Below are positions 1 through 9,629 of a stretch of DNA of 64,000 nucleotides, in pieces. The DNA is from Aquificaceae bacterium (GTDB taxonomy: Bacteria; Aquificota; Aquificia; Aquificales; Aquificaceae): the NCBI GenBank assembly GCA_039630345.1, contig JBCNVD010000008.1:1-64000 (forward strand), read 5' to 3'. Both the position numbers and the translations under genes were made by a program. Positions within the stretch are counted from its first letter, which is position 1. Each line of letters starts with the position of its first letter. Below the pieces are notes generated by a model that was given only the letters and a program-made list of their open reading frames with translations, was not told where the DNA came from and ran no database searches.

Positions 1-2
1 AC

Positions 3-218
3 ATACTGGTTAATGCCATAGCCCTTGGACCTGTCCTTAAGCCAGAGCACTTTGGTCAAGAACTCTGGGAAAGTTATATTCTCAAAACCCCGCTAAAGCG
101 GGAAGTTTCTATTGAGGATATACTAGAGCTCTCTCTCTTTCTCCTTAGGGTCAACTCAATGACCGGGGAGATTATCAATCTCGATAGCGGAAGGCATGTC
201 TGTGGCGAATGTGAATAG
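3..218 (+). CDS. SDR-family oxidoreductase (pteridine reductase/FolM-like), C-terminal fragment; 5' end outside window
   Basis: Manual frame-3 translation ILVNAIALGPVL...TPLKREVS...MTGEIINLDSGRHV, stop TAG 216-218; typical SDR C-terminus (vNaiapG, tGeii.vDgG). Confidence 0.75.
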   Translation: MLVNAIALGPVLKPEHFGQELWESYILKTPLKREVSIEDILELSLFLLRVNSMTGEIINLDSGRHVCGECE

Positions 219-840
219 AGTAGTGGTTTTATTTAGCGGAGGGGTTGAAAGCACCTGTTTGCTATATTATCACCTCAGAAGAGGAGATATTGTCTATCCT
301 CTATATATTCGCGCGGGTCACCCATGGGAAGAGCTGGAGCTAAAAAACGCCCAGAGACTCTGGCGCTTTACTCGCCTAAGATACAAAAACCTGATGCCAA
401 TAAGGGTCAGCTCCTTCCCTGTTAAGACCCTTCGCACCAAGGAGGTTTTTATACCCCTGAGAAATCTAAGTCTGCTTGCCATTGCAGGAGCCTTTGCGTA
501 TTGCCTGAGAGCCAGCTCTGTATCAATTGGCAGTTTGGGCCATTATGATTTTGAAGACAATAACAGGCAATACATGAAGGATTTAGAAACCCTGATAATA
601 AAAGGTGCTCACAGACAAATAAAGGTAGAAGTGCCATTTATGGACATAGAAAAAGCCAAGGTGATAAGGTCCTTTAAAGGTATAGTGCCATTTGAAATGA
701 CGCTATCTTGTATAAGACCCTATGTCCACCTTGGGAAAATTCTGCACTGCCGAAGGTGTCAAAAGTGTAAAGAGCGCTATGGGGCTATATCCGAAGCTTT
801 TGGATATGTAACTAGCAGACCAATCATGCTAATTAAATAA
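196..840 (+). CDS. QueC-family (7-cyano-7-deazaguanine synthase-like) PP-loop ATPase; start may be GTG 211
   Basis: PP-loop LFSGGVES, FIPLRN, Zn motif SC...HCRRCQKC. Confidence 0.75.
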   Translation: MSVANVNRVVVLFSGGVESTCLLYYHLRRGDIVYPLYIRAGHPWEELELKNAQRLWRFTRLRYKNLMPIRVSSFPVKTLRTKEVFIPLRNLSLLAIAGAFAYCLRASSVSIGSLGHYDFEDNNRQYMKDLETLIIKGAHRQIKVEVPFMDIEKAKVIRSFKGIVPFEMTLSCIRPYVHLGKILHCRRCQKCKERYGAISEAFGYVTSRPIMLIK

Positions 841-1196
841 CCGGTTAAAACTATATAAAAATCCCCGAGCGCCACAAATAACAAAAGCCCCATATCAAAA
901 GGTATAGAACATATAGCAAATAGAGTTACATACCTGCCCGTAGCTGAAGAGCTCCAGAGTGGATTTTCAGAAGTTTTGACAGGGAAGAGCTTCTTTTTCA
1001 TACCAAAAGATATCAAAGTCGTTCCTGTTCCAACGATTGATAGCAAGATTATAATGTTTTGTCTGGTAATGTCCGCGATAGGGAGTTTAAAGTAAGGATA
1101 AATAGCAAGGCATCCAACTAGCATCAAAGTCAGAATTGCAAGAAATGCAAAGTATAGCTGTTTTGCGCGCTTTTTATAAAGTGCTGTTTTTTCCAT
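777..1196 (-). CDS. Hypothetical membrane protein (about 4 TM)
   Basis: 139-aa ORF with several hydrophobic segments filling the gap. Confidence 0.65.
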   Translation of the reverse strand: MEKTALYKKRAKQLYFAFLAILTLMLVGCLAIYPYFKLPIADITRQNIIILLSIVGTGTTLISFGMKKKLFPVKTSENPLWSSSATGRYVTLFAICSIPFDMGLLLFVALGDFYIVLTGYLISMIGLLVTYPKASDIAP

Positions 1197-1217
1197 CAGG
1201 TATTAAAATATAAATCA

Positions 1218-1583
1218 ATGCTTAACGCGCTTGAAGAACATCAGCTCGAGGAATGGGCTGAGTTTTTAAAGGCTCTTGGACATCCGGTAAGACTCAGGAT
1301 TATAAAAGTCCTTATAGAGGGAAAGCAATGCGTCAAGAACCTGAGTGAGCTTTTGAATACCTCACAGCCAAACATATCCCAGCACCTGGGGATTTTGCGC
1401 CACAGAGGGATAGTTGGCTGTAAGAGAGATGGTTCTGTAGTCTGTTACTTTATAAGAGACGAGCGAGTTTTAAAAATTTATGAGATACTGAAAAAGGAGG
1501 TAATTTCATATGGCAGTTTTGGTATTGACAGAGAGCAACTGGAACGAGGAAGTGACCAACTCGAAGATACCTGTGGTGGTTGA
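1218..1583 (+). CDS. ArsR/SmtB-family transcriptional regulator
   Basis: [27 protein letters not shown] winged-HTH signature. Confidence 0.9.
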   Translation: MLNALEEHQLEEWAEFLKALGHPVRLRIIKVLIEGKQCVKNLSELLNTSQPNISQHLGILRHRGIVGCKRDGSVVCYFIRDERVLKIYEILKKEVISYGSFGIDREQLERGSDQLEDTCGG

Positions 1584-1830
1584 CTTCTGGGCCCCCTGGT
1601 GTGGTCCTTGCAGGATAATAGCCCCACTTATTGAAGAGCTTGCGCAGGAGATGGAGGGTCAGGTTAAATTCGCCAAGCTCAACACAGATGAAAACCCAAA
1701 TATCGCAATGCGCTATGGCATAAGAGCAATACCTACTATCATGCTTTTTGTAAATGGCGAGGTCGTTGATACCCGCATAGGAGTCCAGCCAAAGGAAGCT
1801 CTCAGGCAGATGATAAAAAACCACACATGA
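1510..1830 (+). CDS. trxA: Thioredoxin
   Basis: WCGPC active site; AAGGAGG SD upstream. Confidence 0.97.
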   Translation: MAVLVLTESNWNEEVTNSKIPVVVDFWAPWCGPCRIIAPLIEELAQEMEGQVKFAKLNTDENPNIAMRYGIRAIPTIMLFVNGEVVDTRIGVQPKEALRQMIKNHT

Positions 1831-2762
1831 ACCATTTTGATTGCATCATCATAGGAGGTGGTCCTGCAGGTCTAACCGCAGGGCTCTATCTAGCAAGAGG
1901 CAAACAAAACACTCTTCTTTTTGAAAAGTATGTCCTTGGTGGTCAAATAGCCCTCACTCATCTTGTTGAGAATTATCCGGGCTTTCCAGAGGGTATAAGC
2001 GGTCTTGACCTTACTGAAAGATTTCGTCTTCAGGCAGAGCGCTTTGGTCTTAAAATTAAGCAGGAAGAAGTTTTATCCCTTGAAAAAGAGGGGGATAGTT
2101 TTTTAATAAAAACCCGCGAGTCTAAGTATTTTGCAAAATCAATTGTCTTGGCGGTTGGCTCAAACCCGAGAAAGCTTGGAGTACCCGGCGAAGAGGAATT
2201 TCTAAACAGAGGTGTGTCTTACTGCGCAACCTGCGATGGAGCTCTCTTTGATGGGCTTGACATAGCGGTCGTGGGCGGTGGCGACTCTGCGGCTCAGGAA
2301 AGCCTATTTCTGACGAAGTTTGCAAGAAAGCTCTATTTGATACATCGCCGTGAGCAAATGCGTGCACAGCCTGCGCTCAGAGAAAGGGTTTTTGCAAACA
2401 AAAAGATTGAGTTTTTACCAAATAAAGTAGTGCGCCAGATTCTTGGCAGCACTACCATGACCGGGCTTTTACTTGAAGATACCAAAACCGGAGAGCAATC
2501 CCATCTTTCTGTTGAAGGGCTTTTCGTATTTATAGGTCTTGAGCCAAACACGGGATTTTTAAAAGGCTTTATAGAGCTTGATGAAAGGGGCTACATAATA
2601 ACAGACGAGCGATTGCAAACCTCCGCAAAGGGCGTTTTTGCCGCAGGTGATTGTAGAAAAGGCGCGAGCGGTCAGGTCGCAATAGCCGTTGGCGAGGGCT
2701 GCAAAGCAGCTCTTGAGGTCGAACATTATCTTCAATCACTTGTCCAATGTGGGAAGAATTAG
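1827..2762 (+). CDS. trxB: Thioredoxin-disulfide reductase
   Basis: GGGPAG, CATCDG, GGGDSA, FAAGD motifs. Confidence 0.96.
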   Translation: MNHFDCIIIGGGPAGLTAGLYLARGKQNTLLFEKYVLGGQIALTHLVENYPGFPEGISGLDLTERFRLQAERFGLKIKQEEVLSLEKEGDSFLIKTRESKYFAKSIVLAVGSNPRKLGVPGEEEFLNRGVSYCATCDGALFDGLDIAVVGGGDSAAQESLFLTKFARKLYLIHRREQMRAQPALRERVFANKKIEFLPNKVVRQILGSTTMTGLLLEDTKTGEQSHLSVEGLFVFIGLEPNTGFLKGFIELDERGYIITDERLQTSAKGVFAAGDCRKGASGQVAIAVGEGCKAALEVEHYLQSLVQCGKN

Positions 2763-3601
2763 CGCTCTTTTCTGTCTTTTTGGTTTTTGGTTCTTTGTTT
2801 ACTTTCAATACCTTCTATAAAAAGCCCATCTGGCAACACAGGACTTTAAAGCCCTATGGACTTTCAGAGCGTGAAAGAGAGCTCTTTATAACCCTTGCCA
2901 GCAAAACAAAAGAGCCACATACTTTGCTAAAAGACCCTGAGCGATTTATCGCAAGGGCAAGAGCTCTTTTAAAATCCAGATTCGAGCTCTATCAGGAAAT
3001 TTACGACCTTAAGGTAAAATTAGGGTTTACCCCCAAAAACATATCCATTTCTCGCGATATAGAAGAGCTCCAACCAGGCTTTTTGCTAGTGGAGAATGTG
3101 CTATTTAAATCGGTTGTCTGGCAAAATTGTAATCGTGGCATTGTTTTAATGCTTGATAAGCCAATTTCTGATACATTTTTGCAAAAAAAAGCCCGCTTCA
3201 CATTTTTAAAAGATGGTCAGGCTCGATTTTGCTTAAACACGCAGATCCTTCAGGTTGATTCAAAAACCGCGCTTATAGCACATTCAGATCTAGAGGCATC
3301 AAAAACAAGAGCGTATAAAAGAGTCTGTGTTAACATTCCCGCAAAGGCCACTATTGAAGAAGAGCTAGTAGCAACCATAACCGATCTAAGTCTTGGGGGT
3401 GCAGGGATTTTATTAAATACCTCATCCTCCCCCTCTATCGGGAGCTCTATCACTATAAGGTTTTCAACCCTTGAGCTAAAGGGCGTTATAAGACACTCTC
3501 GCACTTTAGATAATGGAGTCTTTGTGGGGATTGAGTTTCAAAACCTGGATACCAACTCCGCCAAAAGTTTGTCCTCTATCCTATCCAGGGAGTCTATATA
3601 A
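2747..3601 (+). CDS. Membrane-anchored PilZ-domain (YcgR/flagellar-brake-like) c-di-GMP receptor
   Basis: N-terminal TM; RAYKR (RxxxR) and DLSLGG (DxSxxG); GIEF terminus. Confidence 0.8.
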   Translation: MWEELALFSVFLVFGSLFTFNTFYKKPIWQHRTLKPYGLSERERELFITLASKTKEPHTLLKDPERFIARARALLKSRFELYQEIYDLKVKLGFTPKNISISRDIEELQPGFLLVENVLFKSVVWQNCNRGIVLMLDKPISDTFLQKKARFTFLKDGQARFCLNTQILQVDSKTALIAHSDLEASKTRAYKRVCVNIPAKATIEEELVATITDLSLGGAGILLNTSSSPSIGSSITIRFSTLELKGVIRHSRTLDNGVFVGIEFQNLDTNSAKSLSSILSRESI

Positions 3602-3794
3602 GGTTTTTCTTCTTCAGAGCCTTTATTATCCTTTTGCGCGATGCGCGCTCTTTGCGCTTTTTCTTCTCACTTGGCTTTTCATAAAACTGCCTTCTTTTGA
3701 CTTCTGCTATGATGCCTTCTTTTTCAACAACTCTTTTAAAGCGCTTGAGAGCTTTCTCAAAAGGCTCTCCTTCCATAACCTCTATCAGCGTCAA
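3594..3794 (-). CDS. rpsU: 30S ribosomal protein S21
   Basis: EKALKRFKR, YEKPSEKKKRK; TTG start with GGAGGTGA SD. Confidence 0.96.
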   Translation of the reverse strand: MTLIEVMEGEPFEKALKRFKRVVEKEGIIAEVKRRQFYEKPSEKKKRKERASRKRIIKALKKKNLI

Positions 3795-3846
3795 AAAATC
3801 ACCTCCTTCTTAGGTTATAATAATAATACCATAAAACTTTCAGGAT

Positions 3847-6147
3847 ATGCTCAGTCAAGCAAAGGCTCTTGTTGAGGAGTTGCTATCTCTCTCTCCAGAG
3901 GCTCTAATTAGACGAAAGCGCGTGGGAAAGGTCTTAAATAGCTGGATTGGCAGCATTTTACCTAAAGCCACTTCTGAACTCCTGGAGCATTTTGAGGAGC
4001 TCCCTGTTCAAAAACGCCACGCACTCTTGAGAGAGATTCACAAAATTATCAACGATGTTGATATATCCCAGAGTGATTGCAAGATTGTCTTTAGCCCGCT
4101 TGCTGAGTTTCTGGAAGATAAATTTGCAAAAGCTCTTTCAGAACTTGGATTTTATAAATGCTTTGACCTTCTTTGGTTTTTGCCAGAGCGCTACGAAGAT
4201 TATCGCCCGGTAGATTTAAAAGACTCTCTAATCGATAAGCGCGTCACTCTCACTCTAAGGATAGAAAAAACATCTTTCTCGCCTTACGAGCCCTTTCCCC
4301 TTTCTTTAGAGTGTTACCAAGACGGAAAGGAGGTTTTTCTTAAATTTGCATACAAAAATCCGCGCCTTCTGGCGCGATTTAAAAAAGGAGACACTCTTTA
4401 TGTCTATGGCAGACTAAAGAGCTTTAAAAACCAGCTATATATAGTCCATCCAAAACTTCTAAAGCAAGACCTGATAGGTCAGGTTTTGCCATTTTACCAC
4501 TTTGGTCCAAAGCCCTCTGCGAAACTCCAGCCATTTGTAAGAAAAGCCATAAAGACCATACTTCTAAAGCTTGGTAAAACCTGTGACTATTTACCTGAAT
4601 CTACTTATATCAAGCACCACTTTCCAAATCTTGCCCATAGTCTCTGGCAGGTACACTTTCCAGAGTTTTACTCTGAAGAAGAGCTTAATAGCTTAAAAAC
4701 CCCCTCTCAACTGAGACTAATTTACGACGAGCTGATGCTCTTTCAGCTTTTTCTAATCTTTAAGAGAGAAAGTCTTAAAGAGTTTTCTTCTCACAAGCTT
4801 TTAAAAGCCAAAGAAAACCTCCCTAGATTTCGCTCAGGTCTGCCGTTTGAATTAACCCCATCTCAGGAAAGGGTGCTTGAAGAGATTCTAAAAGATGTTT
4901 CAAAAGACAAACCAATGAACAGGCTCTTGCAAGGCGATGTAGGCAGTGGCAAAACCATAGTCGCAATAGCCCTTGCATATCTCTTTGCCTCAGAAGGCTA
5001 TCAGAGTGCTGTCATGGTCCCTACTGAAATTCTTGCCCAGCAACATTTTGATAGCTTTAGAAAAATTCTCAAGCCCCTTGGCATAGAAGTCGGTATCCTA
5101 ACAGGTAGTTCTTCTCAATCTTACAGAGAGAGCGCTCTTAAACATCTAAAGCTAAACACTTTAAAAGTTATCGTTGGCACTCATGCTTTGCTGAGCGATG
5201 ATGTTGAGTTTGCAAACCTTGCATTGGCTATCATTGATGAGCAGCACCGATTTGGCGTTTTGCAACGCAAAAGATTGCTAAAGAAGGGAAAAGGACTCTT
5301 TCCACACACTCTTGTTATGAGTGCAACACCCATTCCAAGAACCCTTGCCCTGTCTCTTTATGCTGATCTGGATATTTCGGTTATAGAAAAACCCCCAGCT
5401 GGCAGAAAGCCAGTTATAACTAAACTCCTGTTTCATAGCGAGCATCAAAAGCTGATAAAACACCTTCAAAAAGAACTTTCCGAAGGACATAAGGTTTACA
5501 TTGTCTATCCCGCCATAGAATCCGAAGAGATAGACTCTGCAGCGATTGAGTTTGAGCGCTGGAGAGAAGAGCTCTCTCCTTACGAGGTTTTGTTGCTCCA
5601 TGGCAGGATGAAAGACAGCGAAAAGCTATCCATAATGGAGAGATTCAAAGATAGCGCAAGCGTTCTTGTCTCCACAAGTCTCATAGAGGTAGGTGTTGAT
5701 GTCCCGGAAGCTACCACCATGGTGATAGCAAGCGCGCACAGGTTTGGTCTTGCACAGCTCCATCAGCTCCGTGGCAGGGTAGGAAGATCCTCTTTGCAAT
5801 CTTATTGCTTTTTGATAGTTCCTGATGATCTAAAGCGCCAAAATCCCAAAGCTCTTGAGCGACTTGCGGTCCTGGTTCGCTCAAACGACGGATTTTATAT
5901 CTCCGAGCAGGATATGCTCCTTAGAGGCCCTGGAGAACTTCTTGGCAATGCCCAGTCTGGATTTTCTGGCTTTCGCGCAGCTGATCTCTCAAGGTCAAAA
6001 GACAGAGAGCTCTTAAATAGAGCAAGACTGGACGCTATGGAGCTTGTGAAAAATCCAGAAGTTAGCGAGCGCCTTGGTCAAATTGTGGCGATGCTATATG
6101 GCGATGAATCCAAATTCAAGGGTGGAATTTACACCCCTGAGAGCTAA
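3847..6147 (+). CDS. recG: ATP-dependent DNA helicase RecG
   Basis: MNRLLQGDVGSGKT, DEQHRFG, SATPIPRT, QLHQLRGRVGR, RGPGE. Confidence 0.96.
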   Translation: MLSQAKALVEELLSLSPEALIRRKRVGKVLNSWIGSILPKATSELLEHFEELPVQKRHALLREIHKIINDVDISQSDCKIVFSPLAEFLEDKFAKALSELGFYKCFDLLWFLPERYEDYRPVDLKDSLIDKRVTLTLRIEKTSFSPYEPFPLSLECYQDGKEVFLKFAYKNPRLLARFKKGDTLYVYGRLKSFKNQLYIVHPKLLKQDLIGQVLPFYHFGPKPSAKLQPFVRKAIKTILLKLGKTCDYLPESTYIKHHFPNLAHSLWQVHFPEFYSEEELNSLKTPSQLRLIYDELMLFQLFLIFKRESLKEFSSHKLLKAKENLPRFRSGLPFELTPSQERVLEEILKDVSKDKPMNRLLQGDVGSGKTIVAIALAYLFASEGYQSAVMVPTEILAQQHFDSFRKILKPLGIEVGILTGSSSQSYRESALKHLKLNTLKVIVGTHALLSDDVEFANLALAIIDEQHRFGVLQRKRLLKKGKGLFPHTLVMSATPIPRTLALSLYADLDISVIEKPPAGRKPVITKLLFHSEHQKLIKHLQKELSEGHKVYIVYPAIESEEIDSAAIEFERWREELSPYEVLLLHGRMKDSEKLSIMERFKDSASVLVSTSLIEVGVDVPEATTMVIASAHRFGLAQLHQLRGRVGRSSLQSYCFLIVPDDLKRQNPKALERLAVLVRSNDGFYISEQDMLLRGPGELLGNAQSGFSGFRAADLSRSKDRELLNRARLDAMELVKNPEVSERLGQIVAMLYGDESKFKGGIYTPES

Positions 6148-6159
6148 AATACAAAGCAT

Positions 6160-7953
6160 ATGGAGCTTGTTAGAAATTTCTCCATCATAGCGCATGTAGA
6201 CCACGGCAAATCAACGCTCGCGGATAGACTGCTTGAATACACAAAAACAGTCAGCTCTCGCGAGCTAAAGGAGCAGATGCTTGATACTCTTGAGATAGAA
6301 AGAGAAAGAGGAATCACGATAAAGCTTCAGGCAGTCAGGATGCTATATAAAGCCCTTGACGGCAGGGAATATTACCTGCACCTTATAGATACCCCGGGGC
6401 ATGTTGATTTTTCCTACGAAGTCTCAAGAGCTCTTGCTGCCTGCGAGGGGGCTCTTCTACTGATTGATGCAACCCAGGGGATTCAAGCCCAAACCGTTGC
6501 AAACTTCTGGAAGGCAGTAGAGCAGGAACTTGTCATAATCCCTGTTATAAATAAAATCGACCTTCCATCCGCAAGACCGGAAAGAATCATTAGCCAGATT
6601 AATGAGGTTTTAGGTCTCTCTCCTGAGGATGTTATCCTGGCTTCTGCAAAAGAGGGCATAGGAATAGGAGACATCTTAGAGGCTATAGTAAGACGCATTC
6701 CACCACCAAGAGGCGAAGTTAAAGCACCGCTAAAGGCTCTGATATTTGACTCTTTTTATGACCCTTACAGAGGAGCCGTTGCTTTTGTCAGGCTCATTGA
6801 TGGCTCTGTTAGCGCAGGCACTCGCATAAGACTTTTCTCAACAGGCAAGGAGTTTGAAGTCACAGAAGTCGGGGCTCAGATGCCAAAGCTCTCAAAGCTA
6901 AACTCTCTTTCTGCAGGCGATGTTGGCTATATTTGCGCCTCTATAAAGGATGTCAGGGACATAAGAGTAGGCGATACCATAACAGATGCGAAAAACCCCA
7001 CCCAGACGGCAGTTCCCGGCTTTCGCCCTGCAAAGCCCATGGTATTTGCAGGGGTATACCCCTCAGAGGGCTATACCTTTGAGGATTTGCGCGATGCTAT
7101 TGAAAAATACGCCATAAACGATGCGTCAATCCAGTTTGAGCCAGAAACCTCACCTGCCATCGGCCTTGGCTACAGGATGGGCTTTCTTGGGCTATTGCAT
7201 ATGGAAATATTCCAGGAGCGCCTCGAGCGCGAATTTAACGTAAGCATAATAACCACTGCTCCAAGCGTTATCTACCGCGTTAATCTAAAGCGTGGCAAAA
7301 CCATAGAGATAAAAAACCCCTCTGACCTTCCTGAAAACTGGGGCGAGATTGACTCTATTCTTGAGCCGTTTGTTATCCTGACTGTCATTACCCCTTCTGA
7401 ATACCTTGGACAGATAATCGGACTTTTGCAGGAAAAGCGAGGCATTCAGAAAAAGTTCTCCTACCTTGATACAAACACCGTGCTCCTTGAATACGAAGTG
7501 CCTCTTAGTGAAGTTATTATGGACTTTCACGACAAGATAAAAGGCCTTAGCAAAGGCTTTGCAACATATGATTATGAGTTTCTGGACTTTCGCAAAGAAG
7601 ACCTTGTGAGGCTAAATATCTTCATAAACAACGAACCCGTGGACGCCCTATCTTTCATAGTCCACAGAGACAAAGCCTACAGAAGAGCAAGACAGCTTGT
7701 AGAAAAGCTCAAAGATGTCATCCCCAGACAGCTCTTTGAGGTAAAGGTTCAGGCAGGGATAGGTAGCAAAATCATTGCTTCTGAGAGAATACCGCCTCTT
7801 AGGGCAAATGTTACCGCCAAATGCTACGGTGGGGACATCACTCGCAAGAAAAAACTCCTGGAAAAACAAAAAGAGGGCAAAAAGCGCCTCAAGCAATTTG
7901 GCAAGGTCGAGCTCCCTCAGGAGGCTTTTTTAACTGTTTTGAAAGTAGATTAA
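6160..7953 (+). CDS. lepA: Elongation factor 4 (LepA)
   Basis: [33 protein letters not shown]. Confidence 0.98.
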   Translation: MELVRNFSIIAHVDHGKSTLADRLLEYTKTVSSRELKEQMLDTLEIERERGITIKLQAVRMLYKALDGREYYLHLIDTPGHVDFSYEVSRALAACEGALLLIDATQGIQAQTVANFWKAVEQELVIIPVINKIDLPSARPERIISQINEVLGLSPEDVILASAKEGIGIGDILEAIVRRIPPPRGEVKAPLKALIFDSFYDPYRGAVAFVRLIDGSVSAGTRIRLFSTGKEFEVTEVGAQMPKLSKLNSLSAGDVGYICASIKDVRDIRVGDTITDAKNPTQTAVPGFRPAKPMVFAGVYPSEGYTFEDLRDAIEKYAINDASIQFEPETSPAIGLGYRMGFLGLLHMEIFQERLEREFNVSIITTAPSVIYRVNLKRGKTIEIKNPSDLPENWGEIDSILEPFVILTVITPSEYLGQIIGLLQEKRGIQKKFSYLDTNTVLLEYEVPLSEVIMDFHDKIKGLSKGFATYDYEFLDFRKEDLVRLNIFINNEPVDALSFIVHRDKAYRRARQLVEKLKDVIPRQLFEVKVQAGIGSKIIASERIPPLRANVTAKCYGGDITRKKKLLEKQKEGKKRLKQFGKVELPQEAFLTVLKVD

Positions 7954-7976
7954 AAGCGCGCTTCGCGCAATTTTTT
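7952..7976. terminator. Possible bidirectional terminator-like hairpin between convergent lepA and NYN gene
   Basis: AAAA-GCGCG-CTT-CGCGC-AATTTTTT; short 5-bp stem. Confidence 0.4.
7957..7971. repeat. 15-bp intergenic repeat CGCGCTTCGCGCAAT, copy 1
   Basis: Identical to 50572-50586. Confidence 0.7.
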
Positions 7977-8487
7977 ATTCTTTTTCTTCCAGTTTAATAA
8001 AGGGCAAGAGGTCCTTCAGGTCCATGTATCTATCACAGGCATTTACCAGCTCTACAGACGATGCCTCCTTTGTAGAGACACATACTATCTCCTTCCCAAG
8101 GTTTCTCAAGGTCCAGACAAGCCTCTCAAAATCACTATCTCCCGTGCATAAAATTGCAGTATCATAATTATCTCTGGTAAGCAAGATATCAATCGTCATA
8201 TCTATATCAAGGTTTCCTTTAAAAGAGCCATCTTTTAACTGCTTTAGTGGCTTTTTAACAACAGTTATCCCGCTAAAAGCAAGCATTTTCAAAAAAGCTT
8301 CTTGCTTTTCCTCGCCTTCTTTGTATGCGCTATAGAAAAAAGTGTTATATACCTCAAAGTCCTTTTTAAATTGAGCCACCAACTTTACTATGTCTATTCT
8401 CTCTTTCAAAATCTCTTTCTGGATAAAGAAGAGATTAGAGCCGTCAATGAATACCCCGGCTCTTTTTTTTATTCCTTGACGAACCAA
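7975..8487 (-). CDS. NYN-domain (LabA/DUF88) PIN-like nuclease
   Basis: FIDGSN, KGNLDID, TGDSDF acidic motifs. Confidence 0.9.
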   Translation of the reverse strand: MVRQGIKKRAGVFIDGSNLFFIQKEILKERIDIVKLVAQFKKDFEVYNTFFYSAYKEGEEKQEAFLKMLAFSGITVVKKPLKQLKDGSFKGNLDIDMTIDILLTRDNYDTAILCTGDSDFERLVWTLRNLGKEIVCVSTKEASSVELVNACDRYMDLKDLLPFIKLEEKE

Positions 8488-8660
8488 ATCCTTACTCCGA
8501 CTGAGGTGTGGCTATTTCTCTCAAAAAGTGTCTCCACGCTAATGACCTTTACATTGTTTATGTTTATCCAGGGGTTAACCTGCTCGTTTAGAAGTGTCTC
8601 TAAACTCTCTTCCTTGAAAGGGGCAATTTTCCTGTGAAAGTCTTTATATTGCAGGTTCAT
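8469..8660 (-). CDS. Small hypothetical protein
   Basis: 63-aa ORF overlapping both grpE and the NYN gene; fills the gap in an apparent operon. Confidence 0.6.
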   Translation of the reverse strand: MNLQYKDFHRKIAPFKEESLETLLNEQVNPWININNVKVISVETLFERNSHTSVGVRIWFVKE

Positions 8661-9147
8661 CTCTCTTGCAGACTATAACCCTTGCAGCTCTTATGAGCTT
8701 GCCATTTAGCGTATATCCTTTTCTCTCTACCTCAATTACAGTCCCTTCCTGACAATCTTCAACCCACCTGCTATCAACCGCCTCTGCTAAATATGGGTCA
8801 AAAGCCTTTCCAAGCACTTCCACCTCCTCAAGCCCGTGCTTTTTCAACACCCTCAAGAGCTCTTGATATGTTAGCTCTACCCCCTTTTTCAAAGATTCAG
8901 GCTCTATCTGACTAAAATTAAGAGCGCTCTCTAGACTATCGATAACACCCAGTAGTTCTATCATTAGCTTCTCAAGACCAAAGAGTTTGACTGCCTCAAT
9001 TTCGCGCCTGTAGTGTTCTTTGAGTGTCTCAAGCTGGGATTGTAGCTCCATATACCTTGCGTTTATGGCTTTTGAGCTTTGCTCCAGTTTTGATAGCTTT
9101 GCCTTTAGCTCTTCAACTTCATCCCTGTTTAGCGCCTCTTCGCTCAT
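8644..9147 (-). CDS. grpE: Nucleotide exchange factor GrpE
   Basis: Coiled-coil N-terminus, FDPYLAEAV, KGYTLNGKLIRAARV. Confidence 0.93.
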   Translation of the reverse strand: MSEEALNRDEVEELKAKLSKLEQSSKAINARYMELQSQLETLKEHYRREIEAVKLFGLEKLMIELLGVIDSLESALNFSQIEPESLKKGVELTYQELLRVLKKHGLEEVEVLGKAFDPYLAEAVDSRWVEDCQEGTVIEVERKGYTLNGKLIRAARVIVCKRDEPAI

Positions 9148-9229
9148 AGCGACGATATTATATAGCCCTTTAACGCTCTATAAGTAGATGTTATTGGTAT
9201 ATGCCCTTTAGCTCAATAAACTATAAATC

Positions 9230-9616
9230 TTGATGAAGATTTTACTATTTTTGGTATCTCTGGTGTTTGCCAGCCCTCAAAGTGTCGATAGCGCCATAAA
9301 GCTCGCATCCCAGGAGAGGCGTTTAGTTGCGATTTACTTTTATAACAAAAACTGCATCTATTGCACGCAGTTTGAGGATTTTGTCCTAAGTCAGCCTCAA
9401 ACCAGAAGTGCCCTTGAGCCTTTTATATTTGTAAGCGTGGAGCTATATTCCGAAGAGGGGTCTCGCTACGGCAGAAAGTTTGGAGTGGTTGGCACTCCCT
9501 CGGTGGTTTTCTATAACCCTGTTGAGGGTAAAGTCATTGGGAAGACCTTTGGTAATCGCCCTCTGGGCGAGTTTTTGAAATTAATAACCGATGTATGTAA
9601 AAAACCTTTATGTTAA
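9230..9616 (+). CDS. soxW: Periplasmic thioredoxin-like protein (SoxW-like)
   Basis: Signal peptide, CIYC, GTP cis-Pro loop; first gene of the sox cluster. Confidence 0.7.
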   Translation: MMKILLFLVSLVFASPQSVDSAIKLASQERRLVAIYFYNKNCIYCTQFEDFVLSQPQTRSALEPFIFVSVELYSEEGSRYGRKFGVVGTPSVVFYNPVEGKVIGKTFGNRPLGEFLKLITDVCKKPLC

Positions 9617-9629
9617 AGGAGGTTTTGTT

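Noticed and set aside
196..840. QueC-like gene as part of an anti-phage system (QatABCD, type IV CBASS, Dpd)
   Set aside because: No partner ATPase, TatD, cyclase or TGT-like genes adjacent within the window; context beyond the left edge is unseen
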